Assembly: GCA_021815305.1 (NCBI GenBank)
Contig: JAKAHC010000004.1
Coordinates: 215,183 to 279,182 of the forward strand
Reading direction: 5' to 3'
Source: Deltaproteobacteria bacterium
Lineage (GTDB): Bacteria > Desulfobacterota > Deferrimicrobia > Deferrimicrobiales > Deferrimicrobiaceae
Length of the DNA: 64,000 nt
Positions 19,229 through 29,337 of the stretch are shown in pieces (the first letter of the stretch is position 1; each line of letters opens with the position of its first letter). Made by a program: the position numbers and the translations under genes. The notes beneath the pieces were generated by a model, which saw only the letters and a list, made by a program, of their open reading frames with translations, was not told the origin of the DNA and did no database searches.

Positions 19229-21241
19229 ATGCCCTCTTCCCTCTCCCCCCTGTTCCGCCCGTCCCGGATCGCCGTCATCGGCGCGTCCGGAAACCCGGAC
19301 AAGATGGGATTCCAGATCTTCCGCAACCTCAAGGAGGCGGGGTTCGCCGGGGAGATCGTGCCGGTGAACCCGAAGGGGGAGGTGATCCTGGGCGTCCCCT
19401 CGTTGCAATCGGCCGCCGAAATCCCGGAGGGGACCGACCTCGCGGTCGTGATCATCCCGGCGAAGCTCGTCCCCGGCACGATGCGGGAACTGGGGAGACG
19501 GAAGGTCCGGTCCGCGGTCGTGATCACCGGCGGATTCGCGGAGTCCGGCGAGACGGGGGCCGCGCTGCAGGAAGAGATGGCGCAGGCCGCGAAGGCTTCG
19601 GGCATCCGCGTGATCGGCCCCAACTGCCAGGGGGTGAACTACCCCTACCACGGCCTGTGCGCCTCCTGGCCCCTCATCACCCGGCGGGGAGAGATGGCGA
19701 TCATCTCGCAGAGCGGGACGGTAGGGGCCGCGCTGATCGACTGGGCCTCGGAGGAGCGCCTGGGATTTTCCGCGTTCGTCAGCATGGGGAACCGGTCCGA
19801 CGTGGACGAGGCCGACCTGATCGGGTACTTCGCGGAGGACCCGAACACGAAGGTGATCGCGCTGTACATCGAGGGGGTCCGTGACGCCGGGAAGTTCGGG
19901 GCCGCCGTCCGCGCCTGCCCCAAGCCGGTGGTGATCTTCAAGGCGGGCCGAACCGAGCGGGGCAGGAAGGCCGCGGAGTCCCACACCCGTTCGCTGGCGG
20001 GGAGGGACGAGGTCTACGACGCCGTGTTCCGCCAGCTCGGCGTGCACCGCGCCGGAACCCTCGAGGAGCTGTACGACTTCGCCAAGGCGCTCGCGTACCT
20101 CCCTCCCCCCGCCGGACCGCGGACGCTCATCGTCACCAGCTCGGGGGGATCCGCCATCATCGCGACCGACGCCGCCGAGGAAAGGGGCTTCCGCGTCACG
20201 CCGCTGTCCCAGGCGCTTTCCGCGCGGCTGCGGGAGATCCTTCCGTCTCACTGCATCGTGGGGAACCCGCTCGACCTCACCGGGGACACCGATGCCGCGC
20301 GCTACCGGAGCGTGCTGGAAGCGGCGGAAGGGGAGTACGACGTGGTGATGACGATCTTCGGCGACCCGATCCCCGGGGCATCCGAAGTGGTCCGCCCCGG
20401 GAAGTGCGAACTCGTCGCGTACCTCGGCGGGGCGGAGGTGGAGCGCGAAGAGCGGGTGCGGTTCCACGAGCGGAAGATCGCCGTCTTTCCCACGCCGGAG
20501 CGCGCCGTCTCGGCCCTTTCCTGTCACGCCCGGTTCCGGAGGGACCGCTTCCCTCTCTCCGTGGGCGATACGGCACAGGCGGCGGCGCCGGCGGCGAAGT
20601 CTCTCTCCCCGGAAGATGCGATGGGGCTTCTCTCCGCCGCGGGGTTCCCGGTGACGCGGTTCCTTCCCGCGGGGACCGGGGAGGAGGCGGAGGCTGCGGC
20701 CCGGAAGATCGGTTTCCCGGTGGCGGTGAAAATGAACTCGCCGGAGGTCACGCACAAGAGCGACGTCGGAGGAGTCTTCCTGAACGTCGGGGATGCGGAG
20801 GGCGTCCGCGCGGCTTTCCGGGGGATCCGGGACGCGGAGGCGCGCGCCGGCGCGCGCGCCGGGGGGGCGCTCGTCTGTGCGATGGCGCCGCCGGGCCACG
20901 AGGTGATCGTCGGGGTGACGCGGGACCCGCAGTTCGGCCACGCCGTGATGTTCGGCCTCGGGGGGATCTTCGTCGAGGTGATGCGGGACGTGACGTTCCG
21001 CGTGGCTCCGCTCTCGGACGAGGACGCAGGGGAGATGATCGCCGGGATCAGGGGGTACCGGGCGCTGACGGGACTTCGCGGCAAACCCCCGGCGGACCTC
21101 GCGGCCCTGCGGGCGCTGCTGCTGCAGCTTTCCGCGTTCCTGGGGTCGCACCCGGAGATCGAGGAGCTGGACATGAACCCGGTCATCGTCCACCCGCGGG
21201 GGCTGACCGTGGCGGACGCGCGGGTGGTTCAGGGGGCCTGA
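19229..21241 (+). CDS. Acetate/acyl-CoA ligase (ADP-forming), fused alpha-beta
   Basis: IAVIGAS, IGPNCQG, SQSG, SHT phospho-His, NPLD, HKSDVGGV, DMNPV. Confidence 0.9.
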   Translation: MPSSLSPLFRPSRIAVIGASGNPDKMGFQIFRNLKEAGFAGEIVPVNPKGEVILGVPSLQSAAEIPEGTDLAVVIIPAKLVPGTMRELGRRKVRSAVVITGGFAESGETGAALQEEMAQAAKASGIRVIGPNCQGVNYPYHGLCASWPLITRRGEMAIISQSGTVGAALIDWASEERLGFSAFVSMGNRSDVDEADLIGYFAEDPNTKVIALYIEGVRDAGKFGAAVRACPKPVVIFKAGRTERGRKAAESHTRSLAGRDEVYDAVFRQLGVHRAGTLEELYDFAKALAYLPPPAGPRTLIVTSSGGSAIIATDAAEERGFRVTPLSQALSARLREILPSHCIVGNPLDLTGDTDAARYRSVLEAAEGEYDVVMTIFGDPIPGASEVVRPGKCELVAYLGGAEVEREERVRFHERKIAVFPTPERAVSALSCHARFRRDRFPLSVGDTAQAAAPAAKSLSPEDAMGLLSAAGFPVTRFLPAGTGEEAEAAARKIGFPVAVKMNSPEVTHKSDVGGVFLNVGDAEGVRAAFRGIRDAEARAGARAGGALVCAMAPPGHEVIVGVTRDPQFGHAVMFGLGGIFVEVMRDVTFRVAPLSDEDAGEMIAGIRGYRALTGLRGKPPADLAALRALLLQLSAFLGSHPEIEELDMNPVIVHPRGLTVADARVVQGA

Positions 21242-22902
21242 GCCGCCCCCCGCCGGAAGAAGAAGGCGTGGTTCGATGTGAACCAGGGGGGCGTGCGTGC
21301 GGCGATCGCCCGGATCGCGGGATCGCAAAGAAGCCTCCGCCGCAGGAACCGCCGGGCCTGCGCCCTCCCCCACCCCCCGCTTTCGGGAATCGGCCTGTAC
21401 AGCCCGAGGGGATCGTCCTCCCCGCGGGGTTCCCCTCCCGCGGTGGATCCGTCCCCCCCGCGATCGGCAAACGCGGCGTCCCGGGGCAGGTTCAGGATCG
21501 AAAGGTTCAGGAACCCGATCTCCCCGGCGTGCTCCGAGAGGAACGAGTGCGTCCGCTCCGCGTCGCGCTCCGTTTCCCCCGGCGCCCCGAGCATCACGTA
21601 CACGTAGGCGTCGATCCCCGCCCGCGAAAGGTTCCGCAGGATCGCCGACGCCTCTTCCACGCGCGTGCCTTTCCCCATCCGGTCCAGGAGCGCCTGGGAG
21701 CCGCTCTCCAGCCCCAACTGGAGCATCGAGCACCCCGACGCGGCGAGGGACGCGGCGAACCCCGGGTCGAGCAGCTCCCGCCCGAACCGCGCAAAGCCAT
21801 GCCACGAAATGCCGCGCAGCCGTTCCCCCCGTTCCGCGACCGACCGGAGGACCCGCACGGGAATCGCGTTGTCGGTCAGGTGAAATCGCCGGACGCCGTA
21901 CTTCCGGGCCATATCGAGGAGCAGGTCGGGAAACGTCGCAGGGTCCGACTCCGCGTACGGGTGGGTCGGAGCGACCCCTTCCGGGCAAAAAGCGCACTTC
22001 CGGTAGTAACACCCCCGGGACGACGCCACCGGGAGCACCGGCTCCGGGGAAAGGTAGTCCGGAAGCGGTGCAAATCCGTAGTCGGGATGGAACTCGACCT
22101 CTCCCCCCGCTTCAAGGTGGTACCCGGCGTCCGCGAACCCGCCGGCCACGAGGAAGGAGAGGACCGTTTCCCCCGGCCCGAAGCCGATCCCGTCGAACGC
22201 GGGAAGTCGGAGCCCCGACCGAAGCAGCGCATTCTTCCAGGAACTGAACATCCCCCCGCCGCCGTAGAGCCGGGTCCCGGGGAGGGCGGCCCGCACCATG
22301 CCCGCCAGCTCGAAGGCGGGAAGCACCTGGTGGCGGTAATGGACGGAGATCGCGACGGCCCGGGGGCGCATCCGCGCGATCCTCGGCAGGAGATCGTTGC
22401 GGAAATAGGGGGAAAACAGGGTGCTCTCCCCACCCGATGCGACGCGCGCCAGGTCCGCGGGGGAGAACTCCGACAGGCCGCCGTGCGCGTAGTCCCCCAG
22501 GGTCAGCCGTTCGGAGCCGCTCTCTCCGCGGTATGCGGAGAGCCCCGCGTCGAGGTGGCGGACGGCGGAAACGTACCGGCGGAACGAGCCGGCGGCGGGG
22601 AGGGACCGCAGGAACGCGAGGGACCGGGACACGTTCCTCGCTGCGCGGTGGAGGGCCGTCGGCGGGGACGCTCCCGCCGCGGCCTCGATGCGCGGCCCGT
22701 CCAGCAGGTGGAGGTACGCCTCGAGGTTGGCGTCGACCGCTTCGGCGCGGACGCCGCGGCCGCGAAGGCGGGACAGGAGCACCGCCGTTCCCAAGGGCGG
22801 CTCCGCCGGCTTCACGGCGGGAGGGTGGATCAACAGGATGTCGATCGGGGGCGCGCCGGCCGCTCTGTCCATGTCGCCCGATCCATCCCTTGCCGACATC
22901 AT
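21229..22902 (-). CDS. Radical SAM protein with N-terminal B12-binding-like domain
   Basis: SRGCYYRKCAFC (CX3CX2C), GLESGS, N-terminal IHPP..PPLG; alternative start 22872. Confidence 0.82.
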   Translation of the reverse strand: MMSARDGSGDMDRAAGAPPIDILLIHPPAVKPAEPPLGTAVLLSRLRGRGVRAEAVDANLEAYLHLLDGPRIEAAAGASPPTALHRAARNVSRSLAFLRSLPAAGSFRRYVSAVRHLDAGLSAYRGESGSERLTLGDYAHGGLSEFSPADLARVASGGESTLFSPYFRNDLLPRIARMRPRAVAISVHYRHQVLPAFELAGMVRAALPGTRLYGGGGMFSSWKNALLRSGLRLPAFDGIGFGPGETVLSFLVAGGFADAGYHLEAGGEVEFHPDYGFAPLPDYLSPEPVLPVASSRGCYYRKCAFCPEGVAPTHPYAESDPATFPDLLLDMARKYGVRRFHLTDNAIPVRVLRSVAERGERLRGISWHGFARFGRELLDPGFAASLAASGCSMLQLGLESGSQALLDRMGKGTRVEEASAILRNLSRAGIDAYVYVMLGAPGETERDAERTHSFLSEHAGEIGFLNLSILNLPRDAAFADRGGDGSTAGGEPRGEDDPLGLYRPIPESGGWGRAQARRFLRRRLLCDPAIRAIAARTPPWFTSNHAFFFRRGAAQAP

Positions 22903-22924
22903 CGGAACCGCCGCCCCTTGCGTA

Positions 22925-23053
22925 TCAGTCGTCCTCGTCCACGATCTCGAAGTCGCCCTCGTTCCCGCAGTGAGGGCACCGCTCCGGGGTGTCCTCCACG
23001 TCGATCTTGAATTCCTTCCCGCATCCGGGGCACAGGACCACCCATTTGCTCAC
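22925..23053 (-). CDS. Small 42-aa zinc-ribbon protein with acidic tail
   Basis: GTG start after AGGAGGGG; CPGC...CPHC; ends DFEIVDEDD. Confidence 0.75.
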   Translation of the reverse strand: MSKWVVLCPGCGKEFKIDVEDTPERCPHCGNEGDFEIVDEDD

Positions 23054-23112
23054 GGATTCCCCTCCTTTCCCTCGCCTCCGGGTATGCAGCCGCAACCTTC
23101 CGCATACGGCAT

Positions 23113-23430
23113 TCAGTATGCGTCCTTCTCGACGCGGTCCCCCTTGCGCAGGCGGTCCGCGGCGGTGGTCATATTGAGGGGCGTCGGCCGCCGGATCGTC
23201 ACGGTGACCCGGTCGCCGATGCGGAACTTCCCGAGGTCCACGCCGGCGTCCGGGTCGACCTTGTAGCTCCAGGAGGCGCCGGCCGCGTCCCGCACCGCGA
23301 GCGTCCCCGCCACGGGATCGAGCCGGACGATCGTTCCCGCCACCGTCCGCCCGTCCGAAGGGACCCCCGGCGCGGCTGCGGACGCCACGAGGAGCAGCGC
23401 AGCGCCGAGAATCCGGAACGGCCTTTTCAA
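23113..23430 (-). CDS. Small secreted beta-rich (OB-fold-like) hypothetical protein
   Basis: TTG start overlapping the aguA stop (TTGA), RBS GGAGGGAG, signal peptide. Confidence 0.6.
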   Translation of the reverse strand: MKRPFRILGAALLLVASAAAPGVPSDGRTVAGTIVRLDPVAGTLAVRDAAGASWSYKVDPDAGVDLGKFRIGDRVTVTIRRPTPLNMTTAADRLRKGDRVEKDAY

Positions 23431-24527
23431 GAAGGATCTCCCTCCCCGGCAACCCCGCGGACGGGCTGCTGCTGCGTCATGCAATGGAGGGTACCGAACC
23501 CCCAGGCGAGGTCCACCGCGTGGATCCCCACCACTGGCCGGTCCGGGAACAGTTCCGAGAGGACGCCCAGGGCAATGCGGTCGTTGGGGTCGTTGAAGGT
23601 GGGGACCAGGACGGCGGCGTTGCAGACGTAGAAGTTCGCGTAGCTCGCCGGGAGGCGGAGGGCGTCGAAATGCAGCGGGGCCGGCATCGGCAGCGGGACG
23701 ATCTCGAGGCGGGAACCGTCCTCGAGACGGGCGCCCGACAGCCTTTCCCGGTTCTCCTCCAGGGGCCGGTAATTCGGATCTCGCGGGTCGGACTCCCTGC
23801 AGAGGACCACGGTGCGGGGCCCCGTGAAGCGGCACAAATCGTCCACGTGGCCGTGGGTATCGTCCCCGGCGATCCCCCGTCCCAGCCAGATCACGTGGGT
23901 CGTCCCGAGGGTGACGCGGAGCACCGCCTCGATCTCGCCGCGGGACATCCCCGGGTTCCGGACCTGGGTCCGCTGGTCCAGGAGGCACTCCTCGGTCGTA
24001 AGGAGCGTTCCCCTCCCGTTGACGTCGATCGCCCCCCCTTCCAGGACGACTTCCCGTCCCCCCGATTCCGGGCGGACGAGGCGCAGCCCCAGGGAGGCCG
24101 CGACCTGCTCCGGCACCTCCGCGTCCCTCCGCCAGTCCGGGTATCTCGCCCACGCGGTGAACCGGAACCCCGCCACGGCGAGCTCCTCCGGGTTCTCCCC
24201 GTCACGGACGAAGATCGGGCCGAAGTCGCGCGTCCAGCCCCGGTCCGTCGGGATACGGAACCATTCGACGCGGGAGGGATCCACGCCGGCGCGGCGAAGG
24301 AGGCGGGCCGCCTTCGCCTCGCGTTCCCCGTTCTCCACGAGGATCCGCACGACCTCGCCCGCGGCGATCTTCCGGACGATCTCTCCGTAGACCCACGGGA
24401 TGACGGAGAACTTGCCCGGCCAGTCGGAGGCGTTGCGGGGCCACCCGAGCCAGGTCGCCTCGTGCGGCTCCCACTCCGCCGGCATCCGGAAGACCCGGAG
24501 CGCCGCGGTCCCACCCCCTCCGCTCAA
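23427..24527 (-). CDS. aguA: Agmatine deiminase
   Basis: RMPAEWEPH, WTRDFGP, LEGGAID, DDTHGHVD, GTLHCMTQQ; start approximate. Confidence 0.92.
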   Translation of the reverse strand: MSGGGGTAALRVFRMPAEWEPHEATWLGWPRNASDWPGKFSVIPWVYGEIVRKIAAGEVVRILVENGEREAKAARLLRRAGVDPSRVEWFRIPTDRGWTRDFGPIFVRDGENPEELAVAGFRFTAWARYPDWRRDAEVPEQVAASLGLRLVRPESGGREVVLEGGAIDVNGRGTLLTTEECLLDQRTQVRNPGMSRGEIEAVLRVTLGTTHVIWLGRGIAGDDTHGHVDDLCRFTGPRTVVLCRESDPRDPNYRPLEENRERLSGARLEDGSRLEIVPLPMPAPLHFDALRLPASYANFYVCNAAVLVPTFNDPNDRIALGVLSELFPDRPVVGIHAVDLAWGFGTLHCMTQQQPVRGVAGEGDPS

Positions 24528-25453
24528 CGCTCCTTCTCCCACGGACCCCCGTCGAGGAACCGCCTGCCGATGGGGCCGTAGGCGTCGATCCTCCGGTCGC
24601 GCAGGAACGGCCAGTTCCGCCGGATGTCCTCGATCCGGTCGAGGTCGACCTCCGCGACGAGGATCTCCTCCCGGTCCGTCGACCCCTGCGCGAGCACCAC
24701 CCCCTGCGGGTCGCACAGGAAGGAGGAACCCCAGAATTCGATCCCCGCCCCGCCGTCTCCCGGGGTCTCTGTGCCCACCCGGTTGACCGCCGCGACGTAC
24801 ATCCCGTTGGCGATCGCGTGGCCCCGCTGCACGGTCCGCCAGGCGTCCATCTGCCGCGCGCCGTGCGCCTCCTTCTCGCGGGGGTGCCAGCCGATGGCCG
24901 TGGGGTAGAACAGGATGGCCGCCCCGGCGAGCGCCGTGATCCTCGCTCCCTCCGGGTACCATTGGTCCCAGCAGATGAGCGTTCCGATCCGCCCCGCCCG
25001 GGTGTCGAAGGCGGGAAACCCCAGGTCCCCCGGGGCGAAGTAGAACTTCTCGTAATAGGACGGGTCGTCCGGAATGTGCATCTTCCGGTAGATCCCCGCC
25101 ACGCAGCCGTCGGCGTCGATCACCGCGGCGCTGTTGTGGTACAGGCCTGCGGCGCGACGTTCGAAGACGGGCGCGACGACGACCACCCCCTGCTCGCGCG
25201 CCGCAGCCGAGAGGGCGTCGGTCGTGGGTCCCGGCAACGGTTCCGCAAGGTCGAAACACGCCGCGTCCTCCCGCTGGCAGAAATAGCGAGACCGGAACAG
25301 TTCCGGGAGGCAGACCACGTCCGCCCCCAGGAGGGACGCCTCGCGAACCCGCGCGACGCCCCGATCCAGGTTCTCCGCCGGGTCCGGTCCCACGGCCATC
25401 TGGACCAGGGCCGCGGTGAAACGCCGGGGAGGGGAGGGTCGGTCCGCACTCAT
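24524..25453 (-). CDS. aguB: N-carbamoylputrescine amidohydrolase (nitrilase family)
   Basis: LPELF, YRKMHIP, ICWDQWYPE (E-K-C triad); adjacent to aguA. Confidence 0.88.
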   Translation of the reverse strand: MSADRPSPPRRFTAALVQMAVGPDPAENLDRGVARVREASLLGADVVCLPELFRSRYFCQREDAACFDLAEPLPGPTTDALSAAAREQGVVVVAPVFERRAAGLYHNSAAVIDADGCVAGIYRKMHIPDDPSYYEKFYFAPGDLGFPAFDTRAGRIGTLICWDQWYPEGARITALAGAAILFYPTAIGWHPREKEAHGARQMDAWRTVQRGHAIANGMYVAAVNRVGTETPGDGGAGIEFWGSSFLCDPQGVVLAQGSTDREEILVAEVDLDRIEDIRRNWPFLRDRRIDAYGPIGRRFLDGGPWEKER

Positions 25454-26076
25454 TCCGGGACGTCCCGGAAGAGCCAGGGAGTGACCTGTTTCCGCTCACG
25501 CTCGTACCGCGCGATCTCCGCGCCGTAGGTCAGGGTCAACGCGATCTCGTCCCGCCCCTCGAGGAGGCAGGACTTCGCGAACGGGTCGATCTCGAACCGG
25601 CAGGAGATTCCTCCGGGACCGGTGACGGACTGTTCCGGGAGGTCGATCGCGATCTCGCTCCCGGGGGCGGCCAGCAGGGCGTCCATCAGGACCCGCACCT
25701 CCGGGGCCTTGAGCGCCACCGGCAGCATCCCGTTCTTCAGGCAATTGTTCCGGAAGATGTCGCTGTAGCTCGGGGCGACCACCGCGCGGAAACCGAAGTC
25801 CATCAGTGCCCACACGGCATGTTCGCGGGAAGAGCCGCACCCGAAGTTCTCCCCCGCCACCAGCGCCCTTCCCCCGCGGTACTCCGGGCGGTTCAGGGGG
25901 AAGTCCGCGCGCGCCGAACCGTCGGCGTCGTAGCGCCAGGCGAAGAAAAGCCCTTCCCCCAGCCCGGTGCGCTTCACGGTCTTGAGATACCGGGCGGGGA
26001 TGATGGCGTCGGTATCCACGTTCCCCCGGTCCAGCGGGACGCCCACCGTGGTGATCGAGACGAATTTCTCCCTCAT
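25450..26076 (-). CDS. leuD: 3-isopropylmalate dehydratase small subunit
   Basis: [30 protein letters not shown]. Confidence 0.93.
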   Translation of the reverse strand: MREKFVSITTVGVPLDRGNVDTDAIIPARYLKTVKRTGLGEGLFFAWRYDADGSARADFPLNRPEYRGGRALVAGENFGCGSSREHAVWALMDFGFRAVVAPSYSDIFRNNCLKNGMLPVALKAPEVRVLMDALLAAPGSEIAIDLPEQSVTGPGGISCRFEIDPFAKSCLLEGRDEIALTLTYGAEIARYERERKQVTPWLFRDVPE

Positions 26077-27476
26077 CGCGCCACCTCCCTCACGTCCGCG
26101 ATCCTCCCCGTGACGGCGGCCGCTGCCGCCATCTGCGGGCTCATCAGATGCGTGCGCCCCCCGGGCCCCTGCCGTCCCTCGAAGTTCCGGTTCGAGGTGG
26201 ACGCGCACCGCTCGCCCGCCTTGAGCTTGTCCGGGTTCATGCCCAGGCACATCGAGCACCCCGGAAGGCGCCACTCGAAGCCGGCCTCGAGGAAGACCCG
26301 GTCCAACCCCTCCGCCTCGGCCTGTTTCCTCACCAGGCCCGATCCGGGGACCACGAGCGCCGTCACCCCTTTCGCCACCCTTTTCCCCCTGGCCACCTGC
26401 GCGGCGGCGCGAAGGTCCTCGATGCGGCCGTTGGTGCAGGAGCCGATGAAGACCTTGTCCACGGGGATGTCCGTCAGTTTCGTCCCCGCCGCCAGCCCCA
26501 TGTACTCCAGCGCCCGGAGCATCCTCGCCCTCTCCTTCGGATCCGGCTGCGCTTCCGGGTCCGGAACCCTCCCTCCCACGGGGAGGGCGTCCTGCGGGCT
26601 CGTCCCCCACGTGACATGCGGCTCGAGGGCGTCGGCGGAAAGCGCCTCCTCGCGGTCCCACCCGGCGCCGGGATCGGACGGCAGCCCTTCCCAGTAGGCG
26701 ATCGCAGCCGCCTCGTGCTCCGGCCCCGGAGCCAGGGGCCGCCCTTTCACGTAGGCGTACGTAACCTCGTCCGGCGCGATCAGGCCGAACCGGGCCCCGG
26801 CCTCGATCGTCATGTTGCAGATGGTCATCCTGCCTTCCATCGACATCCGCCGGATCGTGTCCCCGGCGAACTCGACGGCGTGCCCCGTCCCCCCCGCCGC
26901 GCCGATCTTCGCGATCACGGCGAGAATGATGTCCTTGGGGGTGACGAAGGGCGCAAGGGCCCCCGAAACGACGACGCGCATCTGGAGGGGCTTCCTCTGC
27001 CACAGCGTCTGCGTCGCGAGGACGTGCTCGACCTCGGAGGTCCCGATCCCGAAGGCGATCGCCCCGAACGCCCCGAGGGTGCCCGTGTGGGAATCGCCGC
27101 ACACGATCGTGATCCCCGGCTGCGCGAGCCCCGACTCGGGCCCGATGATGTGGACGATCCCCTGCCGGGGGTCGTCGATGTCGAACAGCGTGATCCCCGC
27201 CCCGAGGGCGTTCTCCCGGAGCGTCCGGATCTGCTCCCGGCTCTCCCGGTCGTCGATCCGCGTGGAACGATCCGGGGTCGTGGGCACGTTGTGGTCCTGG
27301 ACGGCGAGCATCGCTCCCGTCCGCCGCACGGAGCGCCCCGCGAGGACAAGCCCCTCGAACGCCTGGGGGCTGGTGACCTCGTGCACGAGGTGCCGGTCGA
27401 TGTACAGCAGGACGTTGCCGTCGTCGCGTTCCGTCACCAGGTGGCGGTCCCATATCTTCGAAAACATCGTCGCCAT
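26073..27476 (-). CDS. leuC: 3-isopropylmalate dehydratase large subunit
   Basis: [44 protein letters not shown]. Confidence 0.95.
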   Translation of the reverse strand: MATMFSKIWDRHLVTERDDGNVLLYIDRHLVHEVTSPQAFEGLVLAGRSVRRTGAMLAVQDHNVPTTPDRSTRIDDRESREQIRTLRENALGAGITLFDIDDPRQGIVHIIGPESGLAQPGITIVCGDSHTGTLGAFGAIAFGIGTSEVEHVLATQTLWQRKPLQMRVVVSGALAPFVTPKDIILAVIAKIGAAGGTGHAVEFAGDTIRRMSMEGRMTICNMTIEAGARFGLIAPDEVTYAYVKGRPLAPGPEHEAAAIAYWEGLPSDPGAGWDREEALSADALEPHVTWGTSPQDALPVGGRVPDPEAQPDPKERARMLRALEYMGLAAGTKLTDIPVDKVFIGSCTNGRIEDLRAAAQVARGKRVAKGVTALVVPGSGLVRKQAEAEGLDRVFLEAGFEWRLPGCSMCLGMNPDKLKAGERCASTSNRNFEGRQGPGGRTHLMSPQMAAAAAVTGRIADVREVAR

Positions 27477-27760
27477 GGAAAAACTCCTTCCTCCCGGCCG
27501 GGGGTCTCCCCCCGGACACCGGGTCGAATGACGGCGCGGCCGCCCCGCGGAGCCGGGAGAACCGGACCGGAAACTCCATTATAGTGGCAGGCCGGCGCAA
27601 ACGCAGGGGGGAACGCGATTCCGGGACCGCGAGGCTCGCGGGGACGAGGGGAGGAACCCGCTTCCAGGGGAAATGAACCGCGCAGCAGGAGCCGGGCTTA
27701 AGGTACGATGGACATCTGGGGGGACCGTCGGAACTCCGGATCGAAGGAAAGGAGGCCTCC

Positions 27761-28249
27761 ATGATCCGCGTAAAGACCTTTACTTCCACGATGAAGATCT
27801 TCCACACGAAGCAGGAGCTGGACGAACTGGACCGGGCGGTGAACGACTTCCTGGCCGCCGAGGGGATCCGGACCGTGGTCTCCGTCAGCGACGCCGTGAC
27901 CACGGGGTCGAAGGGGGAGTCGATCGGGATCATCCGGGTCCTGACGTATGAGGATCCGGGAGTCTCCCGGGAGGAGTATTACGAGCGCTTCGACCGGAAG
28001 ATCCGGGAGTGGGGCATGGAGATCGAGGACCTGGGCAGGAAGGCCGACCGGCTCGGCGCATCTGCGCGTTCCCGGTACCAGGAGCAGGTCGGGGAGCTCA
28101 AGACGCTCCAGGAGAAGGCGAAAAGCAGGCTGTCCCAGATGAGGAAGGCGAGCGGCGAGGCGTGGGGAGAGTTGCACTCCGGCGCCGAAACGGCGCTCGA
28201 GGAGCTGGCCAAGGGGGTGAAGTCGGCGGCGACGAAGCTCAGGAAGTAG
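27761..28249 (+). CDS. Hypothetical protein: small alpha/beta N-domain plus helical coiled-coil C-domain
   Basis: RBS AGGAGG; GC3-biased codons; C-terminal amphipathic helices (..SGEAWGEL..). Confidence 0.7.
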   Translation: MIRVKTFTSTMKIFHTKQELDELDRAVNDFLAAEGIRTVVSVSDAVTTGSKGESIGIIRVLTYEDPGVSREEYYERFDRKIREWGMEIEDLGRKADRLGASARSRYQEQVGELKTLQEKAKSRLSQMRKASGEAWGELHSGAETALEELAKGVKSAATKLRK

Positions 28250-28320
28250 CGGGAAAGAATCTCCCCGTCAGGTGGCGGGAGGTCCGCTGGGGGATCCCGA
28301 TCGGGAGTAAACAGATACGA

Positions 28321-29337
28321 ATGCGGAACGGGCAAAGACACGGGGAGACGTGGAGGCGCCTGGCGGAGGGCGGCCTCTCGTGGGGATCGTTCCGCGCGCG
28401 CGCGCGGGTCCTCGAGGGGATCCGCTCCTTCTTCCGGGACCGCGGGTTCCTCGAGACGGACCCGCCGTTCGCGCAAAGGTACCCGAACGTCGACCCCAAC
28501 ATCTTCCCCGTCCGGATCGCCGACGCGTCCGGAGAGCGCACGCGGTTCTACCTGCACACCTCCCCCGAGCTCGCGATGAAAAAGCTCCTCGCGGCGGGAT
28601 CCGGAAACATCTTCTTCCTCGGGAAAGTGTTCCGTGACCGCGAGGGGTCGCCGCTGCATGCCCCCGAGTTCACGATGCTCGAATGGTACCGCGTCGGAGG
28701 CGGGGCCGACGACGTGATCCGGGACGTCGAGGAACTGGTCCGGAAACTGGCCCGACGGATCAACGGCAGGGAGGCGCTTCAGCGGGGAGGGAAGGAGATC
28801 CCCGTCGACCGGCCGTGGGAACGGCGGGAGCTCTCCTCCGTGCTGCGGGAACGGATCGGGGCGGAGATGACGGACGCCGCGGGGTTGCGCGAGGGACTGT
28901 CCCGGCTCGGAGTGCGCGCCGGTGCGGACGAATCCTGGGAGGACCTGTTCTTCCGCGCCTATCTCGAGGTCGCGGAGCCCCACGCCGCCGCCCTGGGGGC
29001 GTGCTTCCTCACGGGATACCCCGCCGCGCTCGGGGCGATGGCGCGCCGGCGGGCCGGGGCGCCGGAGGTCGCGGAGCGATTCGAGGGATATGCCGGGGGC
29101 GTGGAGCTGGTCAACGGCTACGAGGAACTGACCGACCCGGAGGAACAGGAAGCGCGCCTGCTGGATCTCGCCGAACGGCACCGTCGGCTGACGGGGGAAC
29201 GGCTCCCCCTCGATCCGGAATTCCTGGACGCTCTCCGGCGCGGGCTCCCCCCCTGCGCGGGCGCGGCGCTCGGAGTCGACCGGCTCGTCATGCTGCTGCT
29301 GGGCGGTCGGGACCTCTCGGAGGGAATGTACCTTTGA
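28321..29337 (+). CDS. epmA: EF-P lysine aminoacylase (GenX/PoxA)
   Basis: LHTSPELAMKKLL, FRDRE..H.PEFTMLEWY, ELVNGYEEL, GAALGVDRL; lacks anticodon-binding domain. Confidence 0.9.
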   Translation: MRNGQRHGETWRRLAEGGLSWGSFRARARVLEGIRSFFRDRGFLETDPPFAQRYPNVDPNIFPVRIADASGERTRFYLHTSPELAMKKLLAAGSGNIFFLGKVFRDREGSPLHAPEFTMLEWYRVGGGADDVIRDVEELVRKLARRINGREALQRGGKEIPVDRPWERRELSSVLRERIGAEMTDAAGLREGLSRLGVRAGADESWEDLFFRAYLEVAEPHAAALGACFLTGYPAALGAMARRRAGAPEVAERFEGYAGGVELVNGYEELTDPEEQEARLLDLAERHRRLTGERLPLDPEFLDALRRGLPPCAGAALGVDRLVMLLLGGRDLSEGMYL

